DNA of 64,000 nt from Candidatus Kerfeldbacteria bacterium (GTDB taxonomy: Bacteria; Patescibacteriota; Patescibacteriia; SBBC01; CAIJZX01): the NCBI GenBank assembly GCA_903825245.1, contig CAIJZX010000028.1, positions 1,106 through 65,105 of the forward strand, written 5' to 3'. Each line of letters opens with the position of its first letter. The stretch's first letter is position 1. This document shows positions 61,520-64,000 of the stretch, one piece after another. The translations under genes were made by a program, and so were the position numbers. The notes under the pieces were generated by a model that searched no databases, was not told the origin of the DNA, and worked only from the letters and a program-made list of their open reading frames with translations.

Positions 61520-63907
61520 TTATTTCTTTGGTCGACGCTTGATTGGAGATTTCTTGACCGGCGATATTTGTGCCGCGTGGCCGCCGAATTGTTCGCGAAG
61601 TGCTGAGAGAATTTTTCCGGTGTACGACGGTTTCTGCTCTGATGTTTTGCGGAAGGCAAGTGCGTCAGCAATAACTTTGGCTTGTACTTTCAGTTCCGTC
61701 GCGGTTTTTACTGTCCACAATCCTTCGCCGGTATGGGCGACGGTGCCGGTAATATCGTTGAGTTGCTGTCCGTGCAGCACAAAGGCGTGATGCAACCATT
61801 CCATCAATCGAGACTCAATGACACTGCCGTTGTTGTATATTTCCGATACGGTAGTAAGGTCGAGATCGTATGCGGACTTGTCGAGAATAGCGAAACCTTC
61901 GGCAATCGCCTGCATCATGCCATACTCGATGCCATTGTGCACCATTTTGACAAAGTGGCCGGCGCCGTGACCGGGGAAGAAGCGGTAGCCATCGTGTTGC
62001 GCCAAGTCGTAGAACAAGGTTTCAATCGAATGGACGACGGTTTTTTCACCGCCGACCATCAGCGCCGGACCACTCCGCGCGCCGCCAGGTCCGCCGGAAA
62101 CGCCGATGTCAATGTACGAAATACCGTGACTTGATAATTTTTTCGCGCGAGCGATGGAATCTTTGTAGAATGAATTGCCGCCGTCGATAATAATGTCACC
62201 GCGGTTTAGTAGGGCGGCTAATCCAGTTCGACCGAAGAGTACATCGTCGACTGCGTTATTCGGCACCATCACCCAAATAATTTTTTGGCCGGGAATTGCG
62301 TTGACGAGTGATGGTAGAGATTCGACGGTCTGCATACCGGCAATGGAAATCGATTGCGGATCGAAGCCGATAACGTTCCAGCCCTTGTCTTTCAAACGCA
62401 AGCTAAGATTGGCGCCCATTTTTCCTAAACCGACCATGCCAATCGTTTTCACCGCTGATGTTGGTGTGGTATTTGTCGCGGTGGTTGCCGGTAATGATCC
62501 TGGCGTATACGTAGCAATCGAACCTTGTTTTTTCCAAGCGGCCATAATCGGATCAACGAAGCGCCACGCCGCTAAAGCTTCGCGGCCGGAGACGAACAGG
62601 AGTTGATTGCCAGCGATGGCTTCGGTCAGCAATTGCGAGTATTCGGCTAAGTAGCGGACGCCTTCCTCGGTCGGATAATCAAACGTCATCCAGCGTTCTT
62701 GCAGTTCGGTATCCGAACCGGGCTTTCGCGAGTAGAACTGGACGGCCATGCCGGCATGCGGTTGGATGCGAAACTCGACGCGCGATTGGGCATGATGTCC
62801 GGGCGGACACAGGCATGGCTCAGGGTGTTTGAAGGTGATGATGACGCGTTTGTCGTCATCCGGCATCGCCTTGCCCGCTTCCAATGTTATCGGTACGCCT
62901 TGCCAGTGCGGATGATTGAGCGTCGTGGTTAAGCGGAAGAATGTTTCGGTCGTGGAGTCGGGACGAACGCCAGCCTCGTTTTTATAACCGTCATACTGTG
63001 CGCGGAACGTTTGGCGATCGATATCGTGGATCGGTTCAAGGCTGGTTAATATTTCTTCGCGCTTTTGCCAGATGATGGCCGGCGATACACTGAGCGGATG
63101 ATCCATCGTTACTAAGGCTAACACTTCCAGCAAGTGATTGTGGCCGACATCGAGTAAAGCCCCGACGTTATCATAAAATGCGCCGCGACCTTTGGCGGTC
63201 AGGGTTTCGTGGAGGCGTAATTCAATACTTTCGATATGATCGCGATCCCAGGCTGGTTCGAGGAAGCTATTGGCAAAACGGAAAGAAAGAATATTCTGAA
63301 TCGCTTGTTTCCCGAGGTAGTGGTCGATGCGGTAGATCTGCTCAGCCTTAAAATGTGTGGTTAGTAATTGCTCGGTCCGTTCCGCTTCGGCTAAGTTTGA
63401 GCCGTACGGTTTTTCGATGAGTATTCTGGTCCAGCCAGTGGTTGTACTGCACGGTTCATTCAAATGCACAGCTGCCAGTTGGTGAATGATTGGCGGATAG
63501 GCTGACGGCGGAACGGCCAGGTAAAACAATTTGTTCGTGCACATGCCCCAAGCCAAATCGAGTTCATCGAGCTTCGCTACTAAAGTACGGTAGAATGTTG
63601 GCGTGCCGAAGTCGCCACTGACCGCGTGAAATGCCGATAGGAAGGAATCATCGGCTGGTGGTAAATCGTGACCGAAAGTCGCAACTGCGGTGCGAACGTG
63701 TTCGCGAAACTCGCCGTCGGTACCGATACTGCGGGAAAGTCCGAGGACGGAGAATCGTTGCGGCCATTTTCCGTCGACCTGCATATGCCGTAAGGCAGGA
63801 ATAAGTTTGCGTGCCATCAAGTCACCGGTAGCACCAAACACGACGAGAATCGTCGGTGGTCGATGGTGGTCGTCGGGGATTGGTGGCGGAAGTGGTGTTG
63901 TTGGCAT
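61520..63907 (-). CDS. fused glucose-6-phosphate dehydrogenase / 6-phosphogluconate dehydrogenase
   Basis: GATGDL, EKPYG, RIDHYLGK; then GLGKMG, IDGGNS, KMVHNGIEY, LREQFGGH in one frame. Confidence 0.92.
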   Translation of the reverse strand: MPTTPLPPPIPDDHHRPPTILVVFGATGDLMARKLIPALRHMQVDGKWPQRFSVLGLSRSIGTDGEFREHVRTAVATFGHDLPPADDSFLSAFHAVSGDFGTPTFYRTLVAKLDELDLAWGMCTNKLFYLAVPPSAYPPIIHQLAAVHLNEPCSTTTGWTRILIEKPYGSNLAEAERTEQLLTTHFKAEQIYRIDHYLGKQAIQNILSFRFANSFLEPAWDRDHIESIELRLHETLTAKGRGAFYDNVGALLDVGHNHLLEVLALVTMDHPLSVSPAIIWQKREEILTSLEPIHDIDRQTFRAQYDGYKNEAGVRPDSTTETFFRLTTTLNHPHWQGVPITLEAGKAMPDDDKRVIITFKHPEPCLCPPGHHAQSRVEFRIQPHAGMAVQFYSRKPGSDTELQERWMTFDYPTEEGVRYLAEYSQLLTEAIAGNQLLFVSGREALAAWRFVDPIMAAWKKQGSIATYTPGSLPATTATNTTPTSAVKTIGMVGLGKMGANLSLRLKDKGWNVIGFDPQSISIAGMQTVESLPSLVNAIPGQKIIWVMVPNNAVDDVLFGRTGLAALLNRGDIIIDGGNSFYKDSIARAKKLSSHGISYIDIGVSGGPGGARSGPALMVGGEKTVVHSIETLFYDLAQHDGYRFFPGHGAGHFVKMVHNGIEYGMMQAIAEGFAILDKSAYDLDLTTVSEIYNNGSVIESRLMEWLHHAFVLHGQQLNDITGTVAHTGEGLWTVKTATELKVQAKVIADALAFRKTSEQKPSYTGKILSALREQFGGHAAQISPVKKSPIKRRPKK

Positions 63908-64000
63908 TGGATTTTTGATAAGGACTTAAGTAAGTAGAGCGTAACACTCTCATGTCAATCTGAAAACAGACTGATTGTTTGCTTATAGCAAAAAAGCGTT

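Noticed and set aside
61465-61671. Long N-terminus on the K+ channel
   Set aside because: Overlaps the gnd end; ATG 61464 has a -10 box 6 nt upstream.

Overview
This is a bacterial chromosomal window read in genetic code 11. Gene content and style (many small membrane or orphan genes, mostly leaderless genes, ppsA, a zwf-gnd fusion and a flavinylation locus) suggest a Patescibacteria/CPR genome; this is inference. Core genes: groES-groEL with a CIRCE operator, ppsA, dnaG-rpoD, tRNA-Ser, two tRNA-Asn, an NrtR-nadM-nadV NAD salvage unit with two matching operators, an FMN-binding/ApbE/RnfD-reductase locus, several ABC systems, a K+ channel and zwf-gnd. Accessory material includes a nucleotide-enzyme cluster (dNK-like kinase, DNA hypermodification-family protein, UDG-like, MazG-like, three NUDIX), a low-GC Abi-like/small basic/RusA island and secreted surface proteins. 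The most unusual signals are non-coding: (1) gene ends duplicated as synonymously recoded copies around small inserts (dnaG, mazG-like, an ABC exporter) plus a duplicated tRNA-Asn; (2) two ~110-nt hairpins whose 19-20 bp arms run from ATG to ATG; (3) a ~120-bp repeat that precedes single-gene cassettes with no integrase in view. No CRISPR array, rRNA, transposase or integrase was seen. All family calls rest on motif recognition, not database searches.
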